64,000 bases of DNA from the human T2T-CHM13v2.0 reference genome, Homo sapiens, in assembly GCF_009914755.1 (NCBI RefSeq), contig NC_060930.1. One strand, written 5' to 3'. Both the position numbers and the translations under genes were made by a program. Below the pieces are notes generated by a model. It was given only the letters and a program-made list of their open reading frames with translations. It was not told the DNA's origin and did not search any database. Below, piece by piece: positions 45,036-58,000 of the stretch (positions within the stretch are counted from its first letter, which is position 1; every line of letters starts with the position of its first letter).

Positions 45036-45100
45036 TTCTCTCACATATCTTGCTGTCTGGCACATAAAGACCTTGGATACTCTTATTCAGTCATTTAGTA
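44810..45100 (+). mobile_element. L2 3' end with (CT)n at 44987-45043
   Basis: CTGTCTCCCCACCTAAACTCTGAGCTCCTTGAGGGCAGGACC...TGGCACATA. Confidence 0.65.
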
Positions 45101-45314
45101 CTGAAATTTAAGATTTAAAAAATCTGTCAAAACACCTAAGCAGCTCAGTTCCAGAGGAGTGTCTGTAGGGAGATAATAAATACCATATGCTTTCCCTCTG
45201 TGGTGAGGAGGATGGCAGGAGGAGGGTTGTTTAAAGCTGATGTGTTTCAACCCATTTTTAACAGCACGTCATAGGAGCCACCTGTTTCTGTGCCCCCCTC
45301 TTCCCCCCAACTCC

Positions 45315-45598
<284 letters not shown>

Positions 45599-45887
45599 TC
45601 CCCCCAATTGCTAATCCCTGCCTAGTCTCCCAGCTGGCCTCGACACCCTCTGAAAACACCATGTGTTTGGAAACCACTCAAAATAACCATAACCAATGGA
45701 TGACTATGGTAGCAACAAAATACTAGTTTTTTTCCCTCCATATATCAAATAAAACATCATGAAAGTTATCTCCATAGCTTTGGATAAAATGGAATAAGAT
45801 AAGCAATTTGAAATTTCTACTTTAGAAAAATTTCCTAAGGAAATAAAAAATTTATATTAAATATTAGTCTTTTAGTAGAGCATATGT

Positions 45888-46067
45888 CTCCCGAGTAGCT
45901 GGGATTACAGGTGTGCACCACCATGCTCGGCTAAGTTTTGTATTTTTAGTAGAGATGGGGTTTCCCCATGTTGGCCAGGCTGGTTTCAAACTTTTGATCT
46001 CAGGTGATCTGCCTGCCTCAGCCTCCCAAAGTGCTGGAATTACAGGCATGAGCCACCATGCCCAGCC
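45888..46067 (-). mobile_element. Partial AluS (copy of the neighbouring Alu)
   Basis: Shares private variants and flank with the Alu at 46549-46883. Confidence 0.9.
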
Positions 46068-46548
46068 TCATTATCATTACATAAACAAGCTCTGCTGTCC
46101 CCCTTTGTATATCTTTTCTCTCCTGGTCATTCTTATAGCTAAGAAGCATCATTTCTAACTATTTTCAGAAAAAAAATACTCTTTAGTCTATTGGGTATTT
46201 CATGCAAAAGCAAACATTACTTTTTGTTTTATTTTCTTTTTTTACAACTGTAGCAAATATGGGATCAGTGGCCAGATTGAGGAAGATATTTTGATTTACT
46301 TCTCTCCCTAAGACAGTTTTCAGGTGTTATCTTTGGTGGGAAGCAGATGAAACTAATTAAAGATTGAGTTTCGCAGAAGGCTTGAAGTAGAGAAAGTACA
46401 AAGTGTGAATGATTTGGCTCTAGGGAGACCAGGGACAAGGAACTTTGCCTACAGGTGCAGCTTACAGGTGCTTACGTGCTTTACACGGACTATGGGCTTA
46501 AAGCAAAGATGGCAAATCATAGAGGTGGTAACAGGTATCATTTTCTTT

Positions 46549-46883
46549 CTCCCTCCCCTCCCCTCCCCTCCCCTCCTCTCCCCTCCCCTCCCCTCCCTTT
46601 CTTCTCTCTCTTTTTTTTGAGATGGAGTCTGCTCTGTCGTCCAGGCAGGAGTACAGTGGCACAATCTCAGCTTACCACAACCTCTGCCTCCCAGGTTCTC
46701 AGCCTCCCGAGTAGCTGGGATTACAGGTGTGCACCACCACGCCCGGCTAAGTTTTGTACTTTTAGTAGAGACGGGGTTTCTCCATGTTGGCCAGGCTGGT
46801 TTCAAACTTTTGACCTCAGGTGATCTGCCTGCCTCGGCTTCCCAAAGTACTGGAATTACAGGCATGAGCCACCGCACCCAGCC
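46549..46883 (-). mobile_element. AluS with a (CCCCT)n-expanded tail
   Basis: Body 46619-46883 with a ~16-bp right-arm deletion (CCAGGTT^CTCAGCC); pentamer tract 46549-46596. Confidence 0.9.
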
Positions 46884-47070
46884 TCATTATTATTTTTTTC
46901 TTGATGAACTCTTTGTTATCAGAAAATATGTTCAAGTTACAATCTGGGAAGGGGTGTATCACCTTCCTACTTTTCCTCTTCTGTGCAAAGCACACACTCA
47001 GAATCCTCACTACATATTATCTGGTACCACACATATTTTTATGACCTAAAATTGGGCTCTAAGGCATTTC

Positions 47071-47071
<1 letters not shown>

Positions 47072-47115
<44 letters not shown>

Positions 47116-47158
47116 TATATATATATATGTATATATATACACACACAGATATATATAT
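47072..47158. repeat. (CA)n plus (TA)n compound microsatellite
   Basis: About 20 CA units followed by TA runs. Confidence 0.95.
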
Positions 47159-47299
47159 TTATTTACTTATATATAGTGATCTTCTGTCTATTCTTTACCT
47201 GTGCCACCCTGTTCAGGAAGCCCTGCGTTGCCCTGTTCAGGAAACCGTGTGTGATAAGAATAATTGGTTTCAGTGTTGGAAAGCGTCTTTAAACGTTGC

Positions 47300-47600
47300 C
47301 CACCCAAATGACCTGTCTAATGCCTAAATCCCCTCTGCCATACTCCCCCACAGTAAACATGGAGCTTCCTTCTGAATTATTCCAGTTCAAACAGGTCATT
47401 CCAGGAGGGCTGTTAAACTTGGGGCAGGGCAGGTGAGCTCTCAGAGTTCGAGAGGTCTTCCTAATATTGAGATTAAAATCCTCCTCTTTGTAATTTCCAC
47501 TGGCTAATTCCAGTTAAGCCTTCTGGGGTCATACAGAAGGAATACAGGCCCCTTTCTACAGGACAACTCTCTTCATATCTAAAGACTGCTCTGTAGTTCA
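47300..47600 (-). mobile_element. L3/CR1 fragment
   Basis: GTCTTCCTAATATTGAG...TGTAATTTCCAC...CTCTCTTCATATCTAAAGACTGCT, antisense CR1 3' motifs. Confidence 0.55.
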
Positions 47601-47844
47601 CAATGTTTCTGAAAATTGTTTTTTAAATAAAATATCTCACTTTTCTTAATAGCATTTTATCTGTATGGAGGAAACATAACTGGATGTTTCCTCTGTACAT
47701 ATCCCCTGTATATCTTGGATCTCCCCAGATTCCACTCCCAGCTATTTTATTTGTTGGTGCTGTGGAAATAGGCAAATCTCTTTACTCTGAAAGCCTGTTT
47801 ATCATAAGATTAAACATAATGCCAATTTCATGGTTATATTTTTA

Positions 47845-48075
47845 GGATTCATTTATTCAATAAATATTTATTGAGTGCCCATTAGGCTGGGAATAAAATA
47901 ATAAAGCAGACAAACACCTCTACCCTCTTGAAGCTTAGATTCTCTGAGGGTAGGGGACAGAAAATAAATAAAATATAGAGAACGTTGATTGGCAAAAGTA
48001 CTACAAAGAAAAGCAAAGCAGAAAAGTGGGGATGGGGAATACCAAATTGGAGACTTGCAATTTCAGACAGGGACT
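47845..48075 (-). mobile_element. L2 3' end
   Basis: ATTCATTTATTCAATAAATATTTATTGAGTGCC...CTACCCTCTTGAAGCTTAGATTCT. Confidence 0.7.
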
Positions 48076-48584
48076 AAATGACATAGTGTGCACAATTGCA
48101 CTTTGTAAACTGTAGAAAGCCGGACATGTAGGACCTATTATTTCTATTGTGTAGTGTTCTCGCTCCCCCATGCTGGTCACTTTTCTCTGGTCATATTCCT
48201 TTGCGTATTTCTCTCTTAATGTTTGGTGTCTGGAACTGAGTCTAGCACCCCAGGTGTAGTTAGACCAACTCAGGGTACTACACTGATTTTGCCCTACCTA
48301 TTTTCGAAAGGATTTTAGTTAGCTTATAATCAACTAAAAATCTAAGGCTTTCTCATTGATTTCATCCTTGAGCATACGTGTCTGCCTGGGATGCTTACCC
48401 AGTGGTGGGGCAGTAAAGCCAGCTTTAGGAACAGGAGTGGGCAGCTTCCCACACAGTTGAATTTTAGATCTCCCTGCTCCTACCCTCATCCATTGAGCCA
48501 AACCTGAAGTTTTTGCAAGAGAGAGGGAAGTTTTCATTTCATGAGAAATTGGTATCCTTAAAAGCACATTGCCCCAAATACACA

Positions 48585-49755
48585 CATTTCTGATGTGGAA
48601 GAATTCAAAATAATTTATATGTATATAAATCCTCTGATCTCAAGAAGGTGGACCATAAGTCACCACTTGTTAAGTGTGAGATTCACAGAGACCTCCTGCT
48701 AAAGAGAACAGTACAGAAAGAAGAGAACCAAGAATAACTTCACACTGGGCAAACCTGACAAATACTACTTCAGTGAGGCAATCAGGATCAGCATGAACAG
48801 TCACAAATGATGTTGATATGATGGACCCTTGAAATGATTCAATAAAAAATGCCAATTTCCCTCTGTAGTCATCCTTCCAAAACCTCATGCCCCTAGTCTA
48901 ATCATGAGAAACACATCAGAAAAATTCCATTATAACAATATATCGACCAGCATTTCTCAAAACTGTCAAGGTCATCAAAAACAGGGAAAGTCTGAAAAAG
49001 TGTTACAACCCAGAGGCGCCTGAGAAGACATGATTACTAAATGTATTGTGGAGTCTTGGATGAGGTCTTGGAGTAGAAAACAGACATTAAATAAAAGCTA
49101 AGGAAATCTGAATAAAGTATAGACCCTAGTTAGTAATAATGTATCATTATTGGTTTGTTAACTGTGACAAATGTACCATGCTGATGTTAAGATGTTAACT
49201 GGGCATGGAGTACATGAGAACTCTGCCCTACTGTGATGGCTAATTTTGTGTGTCAACTTGGCTGGGCTTTGGGTGCCCAGATATTTAGTCAAACATTATT
49301 CTGGATGTTTCTGTGAGGGTGTTTTGGATGAGATTAACATTTAAATTTGTGGATTTTGAGTCAAGCAGATTGTCTTCCATAATGTAGATGGGCCTCCTCC
49401 AATCAGTTGAAGGCCTGAAAGATTGGCCTCCCTGAGCAAGAGAGAGTTCTGTAGCATATTGTCTTCAGACTTTACCGGTGACATCAGTTCTTCCTGGTTC
49501 ATACAGCAGACTACCTTTAGATTTGAAGTGAAATGCAGCTCTCCTGGGTTTCCAGCCTGCCGGCCCACCTTATGGATTTTGGATTTGCCAGCCTCCGTAA
49601 CTGCATAAGCCAATTCCCTTTAATAAATTTCTTTCTGTGTGTGTATTCACATCCTATTGGTTCTATTTCTTTGGAGAACCCTGATTAATACAACTACTTT
49701 TACAACTTTTCTGTAAATCTAAATCCATTCTAAAATAAGGAATTTATTTAAAAGG
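48585..49755 (+). mobile_element. L1MC3-like 3' UTR interrupted by MLT2
   Basis: AAACCTGACAAATACTAC, CTAGTCTAATCATGAGAAACACATCAG and AAAACTGTCAAGGTCATCAAAAAC; resumes ACAACTTTTCTGTAAATCTAAA. Confidence 0.8.
49232..49692 (+). mobile_element. MLT2 (ERVL) solo LTR
   Basis: TGTGATGGCTAATTTTGTGTGTCAACTTGGCTGGGC...CCTATTGGTTC...GGAGAACCCTGATTAATACA; 5-bp TSD CCTAC / ACTAC. Confidence 0.9.
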
Positions 49756-52280
49756 TAAATTTTTAAAAGTGAGTAGCCTTGAAAGAGGCAGCACACTGAT
49801 TTAAATGTATTCCGAGCTAAATTTACTCTGAATTCCAGTTTTTTTCTCGGAGCTTTGGTGTGGGAAAGTATCAAAGGGAAAGTAAAAAAGGCCTTAATTC
49901 CTGTTTTTCCCATTGATACTTTCCTATAGTAAAAGTAGAACATGAATCCCTTGTTCATAAATCCCTTTCTTATTAATAAATCAGCTTCTCAGGCATTCTG
50001 ATAGATTATATTCCTAGACAGTGGATATAAGCATACTGGAGTCTGAAACACATTCTCCATTGTGAGAGAAGGTGTCAGGCCACTTATCAGGCACAGGTTT
50101 CCAGAGGGAACATGTGATTTCTCTCCTTTGTCCCTGCTCCCTTCCCTTCCTTATCCTTGATTCCCAGAGGGAGCCCACAAACCCATAACTGTTTTCCATA
50201 GTATTCTAGCTCCCAATCCAAGAATGGAGGCATATGGAAGTGGATGAAGCTAAACTATGGTATCGGAAACTGACCCTGAGTGAAGAATCTGTGTTACTGT
50301 TGAGGCTCTGCCCTGAGGATCTCTGTGACATGGCAGAGCTCACCGCGTCCCCTGATGCTTCTTCATCTGTGGGAGTCTGTGATGGGGTAAGAGGGCATTT
50401 AGTAATAGACAGGTAATTAATGAAGTTCAATAAAAAGTCTGAAGAAGGAATGGCTAAGATTGTTGTTAATGATTCTTTAATTTTTTGTAATATGCATTAG
50501 AATCTTTCCAACTGGAAATGCAATAATATGAGATTAATTTTGTTTTTTAAAAAACAGGCTAGAAATGAAACAGGGCATTACAGGGATGCTTTAAATAGTT
50601 TCTCTGTTGAGTTCTTCAGCTCACACTAGAAAAAAGTTGAGGAAGGAACATGAAATGTGTGAGAATTAAAGGGCTGCAGAAAATAAAAATTTATGAGTTT
50701 CTAGGGCAGTCTCTCTTTTACGCACACACACACTTACACACACATTCCAAAAATAAATACTGATGGGTGTTAGTGTCACCTAATGGGCACATAGAACTGA
50801 AAGAAATGTTTATAATTCTGACCTCAGTGACTCCAGTCAGCTCAGTCCTTTAGTGTTTAATATTGTTTCCGAGTTTGTGCTGTTAAATCAAAAGGTTATC
50901 TATAATACATCTGGTGCTATTAATGCAAAAGATCAGGGGTATTCAAAAGACATTTATTCATTATTAATTTAGATAATAAAGGATCATTTATGAGGCTTCA
51001 GATGAGATTTTTATCATCAAAAGCTTAAAAAGGGAAATTTATTTTTGCTTCGGGACAGACATGAGAGGGATCCATAATGGGAAATGTGAGAGTCAACACG
51101 AAACTGTCAGATTCACTCTGTTTCTGAAGATGGCTGATACTTTATAGCAACAGATTAAAAAGAAAATAAAATCTTGTGCTTTAAATTTCTATTGACAGCG
51201 ACTTCATGATTTATTCTAGGTTTGTCCTTTATTGAGATGTTTTGTTGATGTTCTCTGCTTCTTTCTATTACATTTGTGGTCTTTGATGGCTTATGTAAAT
51301 TGAATGAGGGAGGAATTAATCAAATTTTACAAAATATTAGGGACTGTTGGCAAATAAACAAAGGACCAAGTTGGCTCCAGAATCTTTACAAACTAAGCAA
51401 GAGCTATGTCTCCTCTAGATTTTATTGAACACGAGAAGTAATGAGAAAGGGTGGCTTGAAAATATACCATTTTGGAGAAAGGTGATATAACAGTGGGGGA
51501 CCTGGAAGAGCTCTTAGGTGTGGAACATAGGATTACTGGAATTGCTATTACCTTATGCTGTTGGAGCTGATCAAAGTGGATGTTAAATGGATTTTTAAGG
51601 GAGTTGAGATTTTCAGAATTTCTCTGACCTTGAATTTGCAAATACACACAAATGAACCAATTCTCTAACCAGTTATGGTAGGTGACTTATTGGAATTTGA
51701 GTTTGGAATCATAAGTGAGAAATAGAAAACTAAGGATATCCTACACAGTATCAGCTACATACCAAGTGATCGGGACATGTTTGCTGAATAAATGAACATG
51801 TCTTGTTAAGTCCAAGTATCACAGTTGAAGTTACCTTGTACCAAAGGACAGTGGGGATATTACAAGGGCATTTATTTATTACTAATATACATAATTGAAA
51901 ACCATGTGTTTGGGATTTCAGATGAATTATCTTCATTAAAGAATAAAAAAGGAAGATATTTGGACAAAAAGGCCCCAGGTTAGCCTGATTTTAATATTAG
52001 CTAGTAATTTCAGGACTAAAAATGGAATAAAACTCCATAAAATCACACATTGCTCCCTCTATACCTGCTTTATTAGGGTAAAGGGCAATTGGAGATCAAG
52101 TCCAATATCCTACTCAATAAATATGCAACCAAAACAAAAGTCGTGGACTATCTCTAGCTCCGTATCAGACCATTTGTGCGTGGAAAAAAACCCCTTAAAC
52201 CTAGCCATCAAGCATCGAAGATAAATGTGGATCATTCAAATATATTGTTATGAGATGGGCGAGTGCTGTGAAGGAGCCTT

Positions 52281-52690
52281 TGTATTGGGCATAGGCTTGG
52301 CTGTCAACACTCATCCATCTGTCAAATGTTCCCACATGTGCTGAAGAGGCTGGCGAGGTAAAAGCAGATTTTCTAGACATCCTTGCACTGATATTCCAAG
52401 TGAGATTTAGGTTTTGAAAATCAGGTGCACTTATGTAAAACTTGGAAGAGGCAAAGCTGCTCGTGTGTTGTTTGTTCCTGGCAACACCTTCATGGTGGCA
52501 GTTTGGTTTCTCTGTTGTTCTCAGAGATCTTAGACTTCAGTCACTAGCTGTGTTGGTTTGGAAAGCCAAAGAACCATCATATCCTTGGGAAGGGAAGATT
52601 ATAGCAGGCATGGCAAAGTTCTGGAATGGGAAACAGAAGTGTTAATTTCCTCCATGTGTTGGTGGGGGCGTGGTTCTGGAACTGGCTAAA
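52281..52690. mobile_element. LTR33-like ERVL LTR (degraded)
   Basis: TTTTCTAGACATCCTTGCA...TTTAGGTTTTGAAAATCAGGTGCAC...CTTGGAAG motif. Confidence 0.45.
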
Positions 52691-54685
52691 TTTTTAATTC
52701 CTCAAATTATTTTTTAAATATATTTTTATTTTTTAAATCGACACATAATAATTGTACACATTTATGGGGTACAATGTGGTATTCCAATACATGTATGTAT
52801 ACTGATCAAATCATTATAATTTGCATATCAATTACCTTAAACATTTATCATTTCTTTGTTGTAAGGACATTCAAAATCCTCTTTTCTATCTATTTGAAAT
52901 ATATAGTACATTGTTGTAACCTACTGTGAATAGAATATAATAACTTATTCCTCCTAACTGTAACATTGTACCCATTGACTAACATCTCCCCATCTCTCCC
53001 TTCTCCCTATTCTCCCCCATTGCTGGTAACCACTATTCTACTCTCGACTTGTATGAGATCATTTTTTTTAGATTCCACATGAGTGAGAATCTCAATTCCA
53101 CAATACTAGATTCCACATGCAGTATTTGTCTTTCTGTGGTTGGCTTATTTCACTTAACGTAATGTCCTCTAGGCTAATATAGGTTGTTGCAAATGACAGG
53201 ATTCCATCCTTTCTTACGGTTGAATAGTATTCCGTTGTGTGTATATACCACATTTTCTTTGTCCATCATCTATTGATGGGCACCTAGATTAATTCCATGT
53301 CTTGGTTATTGTGAATAGTGCTGCAATAAACGGGAGATTATAGATGTACATACTGATATTATTTCCTTTGGACATATACCCAGTAGTGGGATTGCTGGTT
53401 CTTATAGAAGAGCTATTTTTAACATTTTGAAAAACCTCCATACTGTTTTCCATAATTGCTGTACAAATTTACATTCCCTCCAACAGTGTATATGGGTTCC
53501 TCTTTCTCCACATCCTTGCCAGCATTTGCTGTTTTTTTTTGTCTTTTTGATAGTAGCCATTCTAACTGGGGTGAAATGATTTCTTATTGTGGCTGTGATT
53601 TGTCTTTACCTGATGGTTAATGATGTGAGCATTTTTCATATACTTACTGGCCATTTATATGTCTTCTTTGGAGATACATCTATTTAGGTGTTTTGCTCAT
53701 TTAAAAATCAGATTATTTATTTATTTTTGCTTTTGAGTTTGAGTTCCTTATAAATTCTACATATTAATTCCTTGTCAGATACATAATTTTCAAATATTTT
53801 CTCCCATTCTGTAGGTTGTTTCTTCACTGTGTTGATGGTTTTCTTTGTGGTGCAGAAGCTTGTTAGTTTGATGTAATTACATATGTTTACTTTTGCTTTT
53901 GTTGCTTGTGCTTTTGAGTTCTTGTAAAAAAAAAAAAATTGTTGCCTAGACCAATGTCATGTTTCCCTGATGTTTTCTTTTAGTAGTTTCATAGTTCCGG
54001 GTCTTATATTTGAGTCTTTAATCCATTTTGAGTGGATTTTTGTACATGGGGACAGCTAGGGGTCTAATTTTATACTTTCACATGTGAATATCAAGTTTTC
54101 CCAGCACTGTTTGTTGAAGAGACTGTCCTTTTTCTCTTGTGTGTTCTTGGTGCCTTTGTAAAAATCCAGTTGACTGTAAATGCATGGATTTACTTCTGGG
54201 CTCACTATTTTGTTCTATTAGTCTACATGCCAATACCATGCTGTTTTGGTTACATGGTATATAGGTTTGTAGTATATTTTGAAATCAATAGTGTGATGCC
54301 TCTGGCTTTGTTCTTTTTGTTCAGGTTGCTTTAGCTAGTCAGGGCCTTTTGCAGTTCCATAAAAATTTTAGAATTGCTATTTCTATTTCTGTAGAGTGTC
54401 ACTGGAATTTTGATAGGATCACATTGAATCTGTATATCACTTTGGATAGTGTGGACATTTTAACAATATTAACTCTTTCATGGACATGAAATAGCTTTCC
54501 ATTTATTCATGTCCTTTCCAATTTTTAAAATTAATATGTTATAGTTTTCATTATAGAGGTCTTTCACTTTTTTGGTTAGATTTATTCCTAGGTATTTTTT
54601 TGTAGCTATTGTAAATGGGATTGATTTCTTGATTTCTTTTTCACATAGTTCACTATTAGCATATATAAACATTACTGATTTTTTA

Positions 54686-54912
54686 AGACCTGTTTCATTT
54701 TATTACACTTTGCTTAATTTTGCTTCACAGGTACTGCATTTTGATAAATTGAAGGTTTGTGGAACGCTGCATTGAGCAAGTCTATTGGTACCATTTTCCA
54801 ACAGCATGTGCTCACTTCATGTCTCTGTGCCACATTTGGTAAGTCTCATAATATTTCAAAATTCTTCATTATTATTATATCTGTTATAGTGCTCTGTGAT
54901 CTGTGATCTTTG
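54686..54912 (+). mobile_element. Tigger1 5' fragment
   Basis: AAATTGAAGGTTTGTGG...GAGCAAGTCTATTGG...CCAACAGCATGTGCTCACTTCATGTCTCTGTG...TGTGATCTGTGATCTTTG matches the Tigger1 left end. Confidence 0.88.
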
Positions 54913-55007
54913 TTTTTAAAATCTTATTTTTAAAAATTTGTGTATATTATCATGGGGTACAAGTGCAATTTTGCTACATTGATATATTGCATTGTGGTAA
55001 AGTCTAG
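54913..55007 (-). mobile_element. ~95-bp L1MA/L1PB 3' stub
   Basis: GGGGTACAAGTGCAATTTTGCTACATTGATATATTGCATTGTGGTAAAGTC. Confidence 0.8.
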
Positions 55008-58000
55008 AAACATTACTGATTTTTCTATGTTGATTTTATATTCTGCCATTTTACTGTATTTGTTTATCAGTTCTAATAGTTTTTTTCTGGAGTCTTTGGG
55101 ATTTTCTAAATATAAGATCATATCGTCTTCAAACAGGGACAATTTAATTTCTCCTCTCCAATATGGATGCCTTTTATTTCTTCCTCTGGCCTAATTGCTC
55201 CCAGTACTATAACTGTTAAAAGTGGTCATCCTTGTCTTGTTTCACATCTTAGAGGAGAAGCTACAACTTTTCCACATTTAGTATAATGTTGGCTGTGAGT
55301 TTATCATATATGGTCTTTATTATGTTGAGGTATTTTTTTTTTAACAAGCCATTTAACTGGAAGAGGTATGCTTCTTTTGTGCCCAATTTGTTGAGCGTTT
55401 TCATCATGAAAGAATGTTGACTGTTGTCAAATGCCTTTTTGGTATCTGTTGAAATGATCATATGGTTGCTGTCATTTATTCTGTCTGTTGTGGTATATCA
55501 CATTTATTAATTTGCATATGTTAAACCATCCTTGGGATGAATCCTACTGAATTATGGTGAATGATGTTTTTAATGTGCTGTCAAATTCTGACCACTAGCA
55601 TCTTGTTGAGAATCCGTGCATCCATGTTCATCAGGAATATTTGCTTGTAGTTTGTTGTTGTTGTTGTGTTTTTGTTTGGTTTTGGTATCAGAGTTATGCT
55701 GGCCATGTAGAATGAATTTGGAAGCGTTTCCTCCTTTTCAATTTTTAGAATATTTTGTGAAGAATTGGTATTATTTCTTTAAATATTTTGCAGTATTCTG
55801 CGGTAAAACCATCAGGTCCTGGACTTTTCTTTGAGGGGAGACTTTTTATTATGGCTTTAATCTTGTTACTTATTATTCATCTGTTTAGATTTTCTATTTC
55901 TTCTTGATTCAATCTTGATAGGTTGTATGTATCCAGGAATTTATTCATTTATTCTAGATTTCCCAATTTGTTGGTATAAAATTGTTCATAGTAGCTTCTT
56001 TTTTAATTTTTATTTCTTCTAAAAAAACACAGGATACGTGTGCAGAACGTGCAAGTTTTTTACATAGGTATACATGTGCCATGGTGGTTTGCTGCATCTA
56101 TTGACGCATCCTCTAAGTTTCCTCCCCTCACCCTCCACCCTGCAACAGGCCCTGGTGTGTGTTGTTCCCCTCTTTGTGTCCATGTGTTCTTAATGTTCAA
56201 CTCCCACTATGAGTGAGAACATATGGTGTTTGGTTTTCTGTTCCTGTGTTAGTTTGCTGAGGATGATGGCTTCCAGCTTCATCCATGTCTCTGCAAAGGA
56301 CATAACCTCATTCCTTTTTATGACTGCATAGTATTCCATGGTGTATATATACCAAATTTTCTTTATCCAGCCTGTCATTGATGGGCATTTGGGTTGGTTC
56401 TATGTCTTTGCTATTGTAAATAGTGCTGCGATAAACTTATGTGTGTATGTGTCTTTATAGCAGAATGATTTATATTCCTTTGGATATATATACCCAGTAA
56501 TGGGATTGCTGGGTCAAATGGTTTTTCTGGTTCTGGATCCTTGAGGAATCACCACGCTGTCTTCTACAATGGTTGAACTAATTTACATTCCTACCAACAG
56601 TGTAAAAGCATTCCTATTTCTCCACAGCCTCACCAGCGTCTATTGTTTCCTGACTTTTTACTAATCACCATTCTGACTGGCCTGAGATGTTATCTCATTG
56701 TGGTTTTGATTTGCATTTCCCTGATAATCAGTGATGTTAAGCTTTTTTTCATATGTTTGTTGGCTGCATAAATGTCTTCTTTTGAGAAGTGTCTGTATCC
56801 TTTGCCCACTTGTTGATGGGGTTGTTTGTCTTTTTCTTGTAAATATGTTTAAGTTCCTTGTAAATTCTGGATATTAGACCTTTGTCAGATGGGTAGGTTG
56901 CAAAAATTTTCTCCCTTTCTGTAGGTTGCCTGTTCACTCTGATGGTAGTTTCTTTTGCTGTGCAGAAACACTTTAGTTTAATTAGGTTCTATTTGTCAAT
57001 TTTGGCTTTTGTTGCAATTGCTTTTGGCGTTTTTGTCATGAAGTCTTTGCTCATGCCTATGTCCTGAATTGTATTGCCTAGATTTTCTTCAAGGGTTTTT
57101 ATGATTTTGGGTTTTACATTTAAGTCTTTAATCCATTTTGAGTTAATTTTTGTATAAGGTGTAAGGAAGCGGTCCAGTTTCAGTTTTCCCAGCACCATTT
57201 ACTGACTAGGAGATCCTTTCGCCATTGCTTGTTTTTGTCAGGTTTGTTGAAGATCAAATGGTTGTAGATGTGTGGTGTTATTTCTGAGGTCTCTGTTCCG
57301 CTCCATTGGTCTATATGTCTGTTTTGGTACCAGTACCATCCTGTTTTGGTTACTGTAGCCTTGTAGTATAGTTTGAAGTCAGGTAGCATGATGCCTCCAG
57401 CTTTGTTTTTTATGCTTAGGATTGTCTTGGTTATACTGGGTCTTCTTTGATTCCATATGAAATTTAAAATAGTTTTTTTCTAATTCTGTGAAGAATGTCA
57501 ATGGTAGTTTGATGGGAATAGCATTGAATCTGTGAATTACTTTGGGCAGTATGGCCATTTTCATGATATTGATTCCTCCTATCCATCAGCATGAAATGTT
57601 TTTCCATTTGTGTCCTCTCTTATTTCCTTGAGCAGTGGTTTGTTGTTCTCCTTGAAGATGTCCTTCATATCCCTTGTTAGCTGTATTCCTAGGTATTTTA
57701 TTCTCTTTGTAGCAATTATGAATAGAAGTTCATTCATGATTTGGCTCTCTGTTTGTCTATTGTTGGTGTAAAGGAATGCTTATGATTTTTACACATTGAT
57801 TTTGTGTTCTGAGACTTTGCTGAAGTAGCTTATCAGTTCAGGGAGTTTTTGAGTGAGATGATGGGGTTTCCTAAATATAAAATCATGTCATCTGCAAACA
57901 AACACAATTTGACTTCCTCTCTTCCTATTTGAATACCTTTATTTCTTTCTCTTGCCTTACTGCCCTGGCCCAGAACTTCCAATACTATATTGAGTAAGAG

